The notes under the pieces are model-generated. The model searched no databases. It saw only the letters and a list, made by a program, of their open reading frames with translations, and had not been told where the DNA came from. The translations under genes were made by a program, and so were the position numbers. Shown piece after piece: positions 23,515 to 33,589 of a stretch of 64,000 nt of DNA (position 1 is its first letter; every line of letters begins with the position of its first letter). Source of the DNA: Macrostomum lignano (lineage: Eukaryota); assembly GCA_002269645.1 (NCBI GenBank), contig NIVC01000546.1, forward strand, positions 186,001-250,000. The letters run 5' to 3'.

Positions 23515-24010
23515 GTCTGTGCGGTGGCGGCGATCCCGGACTTCGCGTTGGTTTCTGCGAGCTGCTGAATTTGCACCCGACTGCCAAGGCGGCGCTGCTG
23601 GCTGTGCTGTCCTGCACCTCCTGTCCGCCTGTGCTCGGCCAGGCCGCCCTAGCCATGTCCGTGTCGGCCCCGCCCGGTCCGGACAGTCCGTCGCACGCCG
23701 GCTTTGTCGCCGAGTTGGCAGCTGCCGCTGGTTCGCTTCGACGAAAAGCCGCCCTGACTGGGCGCGCCCTGCTCGAATCCGGCGCGGCAATTTTGGCGCC
23801 GATGCCCAGTGCAGGCGGTCGAATCTTCCCAATGATGACCGGACCGCCGGTTGGCTGGCTGAGAAGTGTTTCCGCCGCCGAGCCTGCCGATGCCGCCTAT
23901 TGCTGGGCTGCTCTGCAAGTTGTTGCCGATGAAGACTGCCACAACTGGCTGCTTCCCGGGAGCCACTTTGGCCTCGAGCCGCGCCTTGCGGACGGAGGCT
24001 TCTTTGTTAG
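23515..24010 (+). CDS. GPT-like: ALT-like exon 3
   Basis: Acceptor GTCAG| phase 1; GLRVGFCELLN, CPPVLGQAAL, LLPGSHFG align to ALT; donor AG|GTTTGC phase 2. Confidence 0.82.
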
Positions 24011-24057
24011 GTTTGCGATTTTTATCTGCGTGCCAGCGATGCCAATGACGGTCATGA

Positions 24058-24660
24058 GTAGAGGGCGGAGGGGGTAGCGGAGTAGAGGGCGGAGGGCGGA
24101 GGGGGTAGCGGAGTAGAGGGCGGAGGGCGGAGGGGGTAGCGGAGTAGAGGGCAGAGTGGGTAGCGGAGGAGAGGGTGGAGGGGGTAGCGGAGGAGCGAGG
24201 GGAGGAGAGACCGGGGGAGTAGTGGAGGGGTAGCGGAGTAGAGGGTGGAGAGGGGTAGCAGAGTAGAGGGCAGATGGGGTAGCGGAGGAGAGGGCGGAGG
24301 GGTAGCGGAGTAGAGGGCGGAGAGGGTAGCAGAGTAGAGGGCGGAGAGGGTAGCAGAGTAGGGTGGAGGGGGTAGCGGTGTAGAGGGCGGAGTGGGTGGA
24401 GGAGAGTCCGGAGGGGGTAGCGGAGGAGCGAGGGGAGGAGAGACCGGGGGGGTAGCGGAGGGATAGCGGAGTAGAGGGCGGAGAGAGGTAGCAGAGTAGA
24501 GGGCAGAGGGGGCAGCGGAGGAGAGGGCGGAGGGGTAGCGGAGGAGAGGGCGGAGGGGGTAGCGGAGGAGAGGGCGGAGGGGTAGCGGAGGAGAGGGCGG
24601 AGGGGGTAGCGGAGGAGAGGGCGGAGGGGGTAGCGGAGGAGAGGGCGGAGGGGGGTAGCG
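24058..24660. repeat. Intronic G-rich minisatellite, about 24-bp unit GGGGGTAGCGGAGGAGAGGGCGGA
   Basis: Within ALT-like intron 3. Confidence 0.93.
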
Positions 24661-24777
24661 TCGGGGTAGTTGGCCACAGCATCTTGAAAGACTTTTTGAA
24701 GGGTTTTAAAGGCCAATGGTCGTGAATGCTAATCCTGTACATGTGCTAATCCGTGCCACCCCAACAACCGCCTGCAG

Positions 24778-24871
24778 CATCAGCATCAAATGCTCGGAAC
24801 AAGTTCTACTCGAACGATTAAATCGTCTGATTGCCTTTCATCGGAGCTTGCTGGAACGATACGCAGAATAA
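24778..24871 (+). CDS. GPT-like: ALT-like terminal exon (ISIKCSEQVLLERLNRLIAFHRSLLERYAE*)
   Basis: CCTGCAG| acceptor with upstream CTAAT; aligns without gaps to the ALT C-terminal helix (FH, Y kept); four exons total 1389 nt = 462 aa + stop. Confidence 0.75.
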
Positions 24872-25109
24872 ATTACTTTTACATAGTAGCATCGTGTGAT
24901 TTTTTGCTTTATAATTCGTGTCAGTAGTACTTATAAGCACTATGTTAGTGCATTTTTACATAAATAAATCGCATAGCTGATTATAAGTTTAAACGCGCTC
25001 TTGCTGACTTCCTTGCTTATCTTACCACTGTCTTACTAATTCCAAGTTTCATAATGTGAAGACGTTAAACTGATGTTCAAGTCAGTTCTGTTAATCATTT
25101 TAAAGCTGC

Positions 25110-26990
25110 TTAAAGCGACTTATCACCTGAATCAGCGCCCCTTAGCACCTGAAACAGCACTCCTTAGCACCTGAATTAGCATTCCCTAGCACTTGAATCA
25201 GCACTCCTTAGCACCAAATCAGCGACCCGTATCACCTGAATCAGCGAGCCTTAGCACCTGATGAATCAGCGAGCCTTAGCACCTGATGAATCAGCACTCC
25301 TTAGCACCTGAATCAGCATTCCCTAGCACCTGAATCAGCACTCCTTAGCACTGAATCAGCACTCCTTAAACACCTGAATCAGCACTCCTTAGCACCTGAA
25401 TCAGCACTCCTTAGCACTGAATCAGCGACCCTTATCACCTGAATCAGCATTCCCTAGCACCTGAATCAGCATTCCCTAGCACCTGAATCAGCACTCCTTA
25501 GCACCTGAATCAGCATTCCCTAGCACCTGAATGAGCACTCCTTAGCACTGAATCAGCGACCTTTATCACCTGAATCAGCATTCCCTAGCACCTGAATCAG
25601 CACTCCTTAGCACCTGAATCAGCATTCCTTAGCACCTGAATCAGCACTCCTTAGCACCTGAATCAGCACTCCTTAAACACCTGAATCAGCATTCCCTAGC
25701 ACCTGAATCAGCATTCCCTAGCACCTGAATCAGCATTCCCTAGCACCTGAATCAGCGACCCTTATCACCTGAATCAGTGCCCTTATCACCTGAATCAGCG
25801 GCCCTTATCACCTGAATCAGCGGCCCTTATCACCTGAATCAGTGGCCCTTATCACCTGAATCAGCGGCCCTTATCACCTGAATCAGCGGCCCTTATCACC
25901 TGAATCAGCGACCCTTATCACCTGAATCAGCGACCCTTATCACCTGAATCAGCGACCCTTATCACCTGAATCAGCGACCCTTATCACCTGAATCAGCGAC
26001 CCTTATCACCTGAATCAGCGGCCCTTATCACCTGAATCAGCGGCCCTTATCACCTGAATCAGCGACCCTTATCACCTGAATCAGCGACCCTTATCACCTG
26101 AATCAGTGCCCTTATCACCTGAATCAGCGGCCCTTATCACCTGAATCAGCGGCTCTTATCACCTGAATCAGCGACCCTTATCACCTGAATCAGCGACCCT
26201 TAGCACCTGAATCAGTATTCTCTAGCACCTGAATCAGCATTCCCTAGCAACTGAATCAGCATTCTTTAGCACGTGAATCAGCATTCCTTAGCACCTGAAT
26301 CAGCACTCCTTAGCACCTGAATCAGCACTCCTTAAACACCTGAATCAGCATTCCCTAGCACCTGAATCAGCACTCCTTAGCACCTGAATCAGCATTCCCT
26401 AGCACCTGAATCAGCATTCCCTAGCACCTGAATCAGCGACCCTTATCACCTGAATCAGTGCCCTTATCACCTGAATCAGCGGCCCTTATCACCTGAATCA
26501 GCGGCCCTTATCACCTGAATCAGCGGCCCTTATCACCTGAATCAGTGGCCCTTATCACCTGAATCAGCGGCCCTTATCACCTGAATCAGCGGCCCTTATC
26601 ACCTGAATCAGCGACCCTTATCACCTGAATCAGCGACCCTTATCACCTGAATCAGCGACCCTTATCATCTGAATCAGCGACCCTTATCACCTGAATCAGC
26701 GACCCTTATCACCTGAATCAGCGGCCCTTATCACCTGAATCAGCGGCCCTTATCACCTGAATCAGCGACCCTTATCACCTGAATCAGCGACTCTTATCAC
26801 CTGAATCAGCGGCCCTTATCACCTGAATCAGCGGCCCTTATCACCTGAATCAGCGACCCTTATCACCTGAATCAGCGACCCTTATCACCTGAATCAGCGA
26901 CCCTTAGCACCTGAATCAGTATTCTCTAGCACCTGAATCAGCATTCCCTAGCAACTGGATCAGCGTTCCCTAGAACTCGAATCAGCGATC
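25110..26990. repeat. Minisatellite, 22-bp unit CACCTGAATCAGC(GACCCTTAT/ACTCCTTAG), with about 700-bp higher-order duplication
   Basis: Two variant blocks recur; a diagnostic CAGTATTCTCTAG variant occurs at about 26215 and 26919. Confidence 0.95.
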
Positions 26991-27116
26991 CCTAGCACCA
27001 AATCCGGCAACCCATATCAAGAGATCGGCGCTGGATAGAATGATTGAATTGCTTTTTTCCTACTCTAAATCTGCTCAAGGAAAAACAAAACTTCAGCCTC
27101 ATATTTTCAGTTTCAG

Positions 27117-27344
27117 CGCTTGTCAGCAAAGGCGCCGCTACTCGGGCGCCAGTGGAAATGTTGTTGTCAAGTCTGGCGCCGTCAGTGGCAGAGCAGCCGG
27201 GACAAAGCCAACGCCAATGCCCGGTTGCGGATGCTGCGAATTCTGTCACCGCTGCTCGACTGCGTCTGCCCCGCCGCCCTGGACATGAGCCGGCCGGAGG
27301 CGGAGCGCCGACAGGCATTGATTAGCAGCGTGCTGGCAATCCAG
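27117..27344 (+). CDS. TRMT10C: TRMT10C-like gene, 5' exon (start unresolved; in-frame ATG at 27231)
   Basis: TTTTCAGTTTCAG| acceptor; Arg-rich acid-poor N-terminus like a mitochondrial presequence; donor CAG|GTGAAA phase 0. Confidence 0.55.
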
Positions 27345-27356
27345 GTGAAATTCTGT

Positions 27357-27770
27357 GACTTTAAAGTCAGGATTCAAGGTTTATTTGAGGTCACGTTTCA
27401 GGGTTTATTTAAGGTCAGGTTTCAGGGTTCATTTAAAGTCAGGTTTCAGGGTTCATTTAAGGTCAGGTTTCAAGGTTCATTTAAGGTCAGGTTTCAAGGT
27501 TCATTTAATGTCAGGTTTCAAGGTTTATTTAAGGTCAGGTTTAAAAGTTCATTTAAGGTCAGGATTCAGTGTTTATTTTAAAGTTAGGATTCAGGGTTCA
27601 TTTAAGGTCAGGATTCAGTGTTTATTTTAAAGTTAGGATTCAGGGTTCATTTAAGGTCAGGATTCAGTGTTTATTTTAAAGTTAGGATTCAGAGCTCAGG
27701 TCAAGGTCAGGATTTAGAGTTCAGATCAAGGTCAGCATTCAGGGTTCAGTCAAGGTCAGGATTCAATTCC
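27357..27770. repeat. Intronic minisatellite, 24-bp unit TTTAAGGTCAGGTTTCAGGGTTCA
   Basis: Starts about 12 nt after the donor. Confidence 0.9.
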
Positions 27771-27820
27771 AGCAGAGCTCGTGTCCGCAAAGTTCGTGAT
27801 AAAACGCTAACACTTCGCAG

Positions 27821-28108
27821 GCGCAGGCCATGATCTGCAACTCGCCGCCGCTGCAAGAGGTCGCCCCCGATCTCAACCGGTTCGACGAGGACGCCTGGCA
27901 CGAGGCACTATCGGCTACGGACAGTCTGGAGCTGCTAAACAATCTGCGATCGATTCGCCATAGCCACGACGAGGACGACGCCGATGCCGCTGTCGGCGAA
28001 GAGGCCGAGTCGTCCAGCTTGGAGACGCCCAAGGACTGGCAGGAGCGCCCGCCGCTGCTGTTGGACGCATCCTGGGAGGAGCAGCTCAGCTATGCGGATG
28101 TCTTCAGC
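27821..28108 (+). CDS. TRMT10C: TRMT10C-like exon (ends PPLLLDASWEEQLSYADVFS)
   Basis: Acceptor TTCGCAG|, donor AGC|GTGAGT; PPLLLDASW matches QPLVFDMAY at the TRM10 domain start. Confidence 0.75.
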
Positions 28109-28120
28109 GTGAGTAGCATG

Positions 28121-28500
<380 letters not shown>

Positions 28501-28587
28501 ACTTCTTTCCTTCCACTTGCCAGCACTCCCAGAAGCAGCTGCCAATCAGTATTCGAGTCTTCCCATCCTCACCACCCCCGCTCCCAG

Positions 28588-29100
28588 GTCGGCACGCAGC
28601 TCCGCCGCCTCCTCCGCTGCAACCGCCGGCACGGCCTGCCGTTCCTGCCGACCCTCTGCGGCCTGTCGCCTCACGGCCGACTCCAGCGCCGTCTCGACGG
28701 CGCGCTGCAGTCGCCGCCGCCGCCAGCCACTGAATTTGTTCGAACATCGCGTCCTTGGCGCGAGATGGCCCCGCCTGGCCGCGCTCTGATTTTCATCTCC
28801 CCGGACGCGATGAAGCTACTGACCTGCTGGAGGCCCGACGCTGTCTACGTGCTGCCCTGCGTTGTCAATCGGACCAGCGGTCTGAACCGGACCTTGGCCC
28901 GCCAGGCCGTCCGCTCCGGCGCCCTCTGCGTTCGCCTGCCGCTTGACGCCTTGCCCAAAACGGTGCGACCCGACCTGGAGGTCCTCGCCAGAGTTCTGCT
29001 AGCCATGCGCATCTCCCATGGTGCGCAGCAGGATTGGCGAATCATCTTGAACCGGCTGACAGCCAGGCGTGACCCAAACTTCGATGCCGGCTTGGTCTGA
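28588..29100 (+). CDS. TRMT10C: TRMT10C-like exon with SPOUT/TRM10 domain (3' end could continue via a donor near the stop)
   Basis: TQL..NRR..PF...C.L...G.L, LIFISPDA, AVYVLPCVVN, RLPLD, DWRIIL..RR follow MRPP1 motif order; acceptor CTCCCAG| phase 0. Confidence 0.8.
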   Translation, partial: VGTQLRRLLRCNRRHGLPFLPTLCGLSPHGRLQRRLDGALQSPPPPATEFVRTSRPWREMAPPGRALIFISPDAMKLLTCWRPDAVYVLPCVVNRTSGLNRTLARQAVRSGALCVRLPLDALPKTVRPDLEVLARVLLAMRISHGAQQDWRIILNRLTARRDPNFDAGLV

Positions 29101-29127
29101 GTGCTCTTTATGCACTGCTGCGCCCAT

Positions 29128-29495
29128 TGCCCAGTGTACACCCAGCCTTTCCCCGCCACCACCCCAGCCCAGTGTACACTCAGCCTCTCCCCACCTCCAC
29201 CCCAGCCCAGTGTACACTCAACCACTCCCCGCCGCCACCACCCCAGCCCAGTGTACACTCAACCACTCCCCGCCACCAACCCCAGCCCAGTGTACACTCA
29301 ACCTCTCCCCACCGCCACCACCCCAGCCCAGTGTACACTCAACCTCTCCCCGCCAACACCACCCGAGCCCGGTGTACACTCAACCTCTCCCCACCACCAC
29401 CCCAGCCCGGTGTACACTCAACCACTCCCCGCCACCACCCCAGCCCAGTGTACACTCAACCTCTCCCCGCCACCAACCCCAGCCCAGTGTACACC
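29128..29495. repeat. C-rich minisatellite, about 40-bp unit containing CCCAGCCCAGTGTACACTCAACC
   Basis: Directly after the TRMT10C-like stop. Confidence 0.9.
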
Positions 29496-29624
29496 ATCCC
29501 AGTCCAATCTATGTAATACAGCATTTTTATTATTAAAGAATCGCGTTCTATTCGAGATATGTGTACTTCTCATCAACAAGTGAAGTGTTCGCCTTAGGTT
29601 TGACTGATTAACTGTTGAAAATAA

Positions 29625-29648
29625 ATGGCGCTATTTTCATTTGCAAAT
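29625..29648 (+). CDS. TMEM242: Probable TMEM242 first coding exon (MALFSFAN)
   Basis: AAATGG start, donor AAT|GTTAGT phase 0 matching the next exon. Confidence 0.5.
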
Positions 29649-29829
29649 GTTAGTTTTAGAGTGCATATCTTTTAACATATTTGAAAAAAATTGCCTTTTT
29701 TACATTATTTTATCTTTTAGCTTAATAAAATGCTAGAAAATGTTTATGCCCTTCCGATATTTATAAAAAATACTGTAACTTTACTGTTCTAGAATTAATT
29801 CCGATTAGAAATATAATGAATCTACTAGT

Positions 29830-30240
29830 ATTTCTTTTCCGATATGTATCGATAGTATAATATCTACCAGTATTTCCATTCGATATGTATCGATAGTATA
29901 ATATCTACCAGTATTTCCATCCGATATGTATCGATAGTATAATATCTACCAGTATTTCCATTCGATATGTATCGATAGTATAATATCTACCAGTATTTCC
30001 ATTCGATATGTATCGAAAGTAAAATAAATCTACTACTATTTCCCTCCGATAGTAAAATAAATATACTACTATTTCCCTCCGATATGTATCAATAGTACAA
30101 TAAATCTACTACTATTTCCCTCCGATATGTATCAATAGTACAATAAATCTACTACTATTTCCCTCCGATATGTATCAATAGTACAATAAATCTACTAGTA
30201 TTTCCCTCCGATATGTATCGATAGTATAAAAAATCTACCA
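29830..30240. repeat. AT-rich minisatellite, about 41-bp unit CCGATATGTATCGATAGTATAATATCTACCAGTATTTCCAT
   Basis: Tandem copies; related copies at about 31970-32090. Confidence 0.9.
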
Positions 30241-30273
30241 GTAATTCGCTTTCTCTCGCAATTCGAACTTCAG

Positions 30274-30693
30274 TCGGACCCGCTTTGCAACGACGAGCGC
30301 CGGCCAGGAGTTGCGCCCGCCCTGCTGCTCGTCGGCACGGCGCTCACCTCAGCCGGCGCCGGTTTCGGCGCCACGGTCGCTTTGTCCCGGCGCAGGGAAG
30401 CCGCCGAAGCTTCCGCTAGCGGCAGCGCCGGTGCCAGCCTTCGACACGGCGCCGACGGGACTCGCCTGGCGCTGCGCGCCCTCGGCTGGGGCAGCGCCGC
30501 CGCATTTGTTGGCGTCTCGGTCGTCACTGCCGCCTCCCTTGCCCTGGCTGGAGTTCGCAGCCTCGCCGATCTGCGCGTTCCGGCGTCGCCCGCTTCGCCG
30601 AGCGGCGGTCGGCGGGACTTCAAAACTGTTCGAGAGCTGGTGGACTTCCTGCTGAGCGAGGATGCCAGGGCTGGGCGGACTGGGGACAGATAG
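30274..30693 (+). CDS. TMEM242: TMEM242 (mitochondrial membrane protein) main exon
   Basis: Signature LALRALGWGS, two hydrophobic segments, GVRSLADL matches GVHSMNDF; acceptor CTTCAG|. Confidence 0.85.
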   Translation, partial: SDPLCNDERRPGVAPALLLVGTALTSAGAGFGATVALSRRREAAEASASGSAGASLRHGADGTRLALRALGWGSAAAFVGVSVVTAASLALAGVRSLADLRVPASPASPSGGRRDFKTVRELVDFLLSEDARAGRTGDR

Positions 30694-30714
30694 CTGAGCT
30701 GCGAGTACTGTACC

Positions 30715-31345
30715 ACCTGTGCGACTTTGTGTTTTATTTGTGTTTCACCTGTGTGTTTTACCTGTGTGTTTTTCACCTGTGTGTTTCACCTGTGTGTTTC
30801 ACCTGTGTGTGTATTTCACCTGTGTGTTTCACCTGTGTGTTTCACCTGTGTGTGTTTCACCTGTGTGTGTTTCACCTGTGTGTTTCACCTGTGTGTTTCA
30901 CCTGTGTGTGTTTCACCTGTGTGTGTTTCACCTGTGTGTGTTTTACCTGTGTGTGTATTTCACCTTGGTGAGTTTCACCTACATGTTTCACCTGGGTGTG
31001 TTTCACCTGTGTGTGTTTTACCTGTGTGTGTTTCATCTGTGTGTGTATTTCACCTTGGTGAGTTTCACCTACATGTTTCACCTGGGTGTGTTTCACCTGT
31101 GTGTGTTTCATCTGTGTGTGTTTCACCTGTGTGTGTTTCACCTGTGTGTTTCACCGGTGTGTGTTTCACCTGTGTTTTTTCACCTGTGTGTGTTTCACCT
31201 CTGTGTGTTTCGCATGTGTGTTTTACCGGTATGTTTCACCTGTGTTTTTTCACCTGTGTGTGTTTCACCTCTGTGTGTTTCGCATGTGTGTTTTACCTGT
31301 ATGTTTCACCTGTATGTTTCACCGGTATGTTTCACCTGTATGTTT
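30715..31345. repeat. Minisatellite, 13-15-bp unit GTGTGTTTCACCT
   Basis: Starts about 22 nt after the TMEM242 stop. Confidence 0.93.
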
Positions 31346-31669
31346 AAAAGTCTTTTCAGCTCTCCCTTCATGCCTGTTTGTTTTTTATACTGTTGTACTG
31401 TCATTCAGGCTTTTATAAACCAGCTTGCCCTCTGTCTTGTGCATAAAGATTTTTTTATGTAGAATAAGAATGGAATACTGAATATTTAAGCAGCATTTAT
31501 TATCACACAGAAAATGTACGAAGTGGCAAATTTTTATTTTTTCTGTAAGCTGCAAATTATTTGTCATACTTTTTTGAAGAATTCATTGATCTGAATAAAA
31601 TAGCTGCTACGGACTACTTACAGTAGATAATGCGAATATCTCGCTGTTTCAGTTCCAAACGTTTCGAAA

Positions 31670-31811
31670 ATGCTCGCAATCTTAACTGAAGTGGTCTGTC
31701 TGCTCTGCCAGATTGTGGCTGACATTGCCAAGAGCGCCTACAACAATTTCACCCCAGCCTCCTGGCGCAGCAAAAACATCTCCGGCCAGACAGCCGTGGT
31801 TACTGGCGCTG
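31670..31811 (+). CDS. SDR16C-family short-chain dehydrogenase (RDH10/RDHE2/HSD17B11-like), exon 1
   Basis: N-terminal hydrophobic anchor, KNISGQTAVVTGA, donor G|GTAAGC. Confidence 0.88.
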
Positions 31812-32295
31812 GTAAGCGGCGGGTTTTACTGGTGATTTTCTCGTACTTTTCAATCTGACTAACTGCCTACTCATAGTAGCTCCTTTCAATTTAGCCTGTG
31901 CCGGCTTCAAAATTTAGCTGCCATATGTAAAAGTTTATTTGTTATTGTTCTAATCTACCGTATTTTCTTTCAGATATGTATCGAAAGTAAAATATATCTA
32001 CTTTATAGTATTTCCTGCCGATATGTATCGAAAGTATGATATATATCTACTAGTATTTTCTTCCGATATGTATCGAAAGTATAACAATTTCACTTTCAAA
32101 AGTTTTACATGTAAATTTCAAAACGGATATTCCAACTCGCGAAAGACCATAGCATCTAAGTTCACTACTCTGTCAGCTGGTCGATTTTTATGTAACTATC
32201 AGTTTGTAATATTTTTGCATATCATTATATTGCTACTCTTAAGTAGGCGATTAAATATCACACATAAAACACAACATCTCTGGAACCGTTATCAG

Positions 32296-32693
32296 CCAGC
32301 GGCCTCGGCCGTCTACTGGCCATCCGGCTGTCCGGCCTCGGCTGCCGCCTCGTCCTTATCGACATCTCGACCGGCGTTGACGACGTGGCCGCCGAGTGCC
32401 GCTCGGCCGGCTCGCCAAAAGTGCAGGCGTACCAATGCGACCTGAGCTCGCGCGAGGCCATCTACGCCACCTGCGAGCGCCTGCTTGCCGAATTCGGCCA
32501 GCGCGTCGACATTCTCGTCAACAACGCCGGCGTCGTCACTGGCCGGCCGTTTCTGGACTGTCCGGACGCCATGATTCGGCGAACCATGGCGGTGAACATC
32601 GAGGCTCATTTCTGGCTTTGCAAAGCTCTGCTGCCCGGCATGATCGAGCGGAACTGCGGCCACATTGTCACCGTGGCCTCGGGCGCCGGCCAG
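32296..32693 (+). CDS. SDR exon 2
   Basis: Completes TGAASGLG; CDLS, DILVNNAG, VNIEAHFW, GHIVTVAS; donor CAG|GTGAGA. Confidence 0.92.
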
Positions 32694-32717
32694 GTGAGAC
32701 CAGCATTGCTCAGCCCC

Positions 32718-33180
32718 CCGATCCTTCAGTGGCTGCCACCGCCACCTCACCCCTCCCCCCTGATCCTTCAGTGACTGCCACCGCCACCTCACCCCTCCCC
32801 CCTGATCCTTCAGTGGCTGCCACCGCCATCTCAGCCCCCCCCGATCCTTCAGTAGCTGCCACCGCCACCTCAGCCCCCCCCCCTGGTCCTTCAGTAGCTG
32901 CCACCGCCACCTCAGCCCCCCCCTGATCCTTCAGTGACTGCCACCGCCACCTCACCCCTCCCCCCTGATCCTTCAGTGGCTGCCACCGCCATCTCAGCCC
33001 CCCCCCGATCCTTCAGTGGCTGCCACCGCCACCTCAGCCCCCCCCTGATCCTTCAGTGGCTGCTACCGCCACCTCAGCCCCCCCCCTGATCCTTCAGTGG
33101 CTGCCACCGCCACCTCAGCCCCCCCTGATCCTTCAGTAGCTGCCACCGCCACCTCAGCCCCCCATCCTTCAGTGGCCACC
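32718..33180. repeat. Intronic minisatellite, about 39-bp unit GATCCTTCAGTGGCTGCCACCGCCACCTCAGCCCCCCCT
   Basis: SDR intron 2. Confidence 0.92.
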
Positions 33181-33240
33181 CCGATCCCTCAGTCCCTGAC
33201 CAGCACTGACCAATGCTCGCCAACCATGCTCACTCCACAG

Positions 33241-33533
33241 CTCGGGGTGCCCAGCCTCTCTGACTACTGTGCCAGCAAGTTTGCCGCGGTTGGCTTCGAC
33301 GAATCATTGAAATTCGAGCTGGCCTCCCGCGGCAACGGCGGGGTGCGCACCACCTGCGTGTGCCCCTACTACATTAACACCGGCATGTTCGATGGCGTGG
33401 TCAGCCGCTTCCCTCGGCTGCTGCCCGTGATGGATCCCGACTATGTGATTGACAAGATGGTGCAAGCAATCCTAACCAACCAGGAGCTGCTGGTGCTGCC
33501 GCGGCTGCTCTATTATACCAATATCATTCACAA
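33241..33533 (+). CDS. SDR exon 3 (catalytic YCASK)
   Basis: DYCASKFAAVGFDESL, CPYYINTGMF; donor AA|GTGAGT phase 2. Confidence 0.92.
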
Positions 33534-33589
33534 GTGAGTCCGGGGTCTGCTTAGATCACAGTGCGCTCTCTGATTGTATCGTCTGGATG

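Noticed and set aside
24670-24725. Alternative ALT-like last exon (ILKDFLKGFKGQWS*)
   Set aside because: Weaker alignment and length fit than 24778-24871, which has a branch-point-like CTAAT and keeps FH and Y; not fully excluded.
25110-26990. Arrays as possible CRISPR loci
   Set aside because: Units are head-to-tail with no unique spacers, no cas genes, and the context is eukaryotic.
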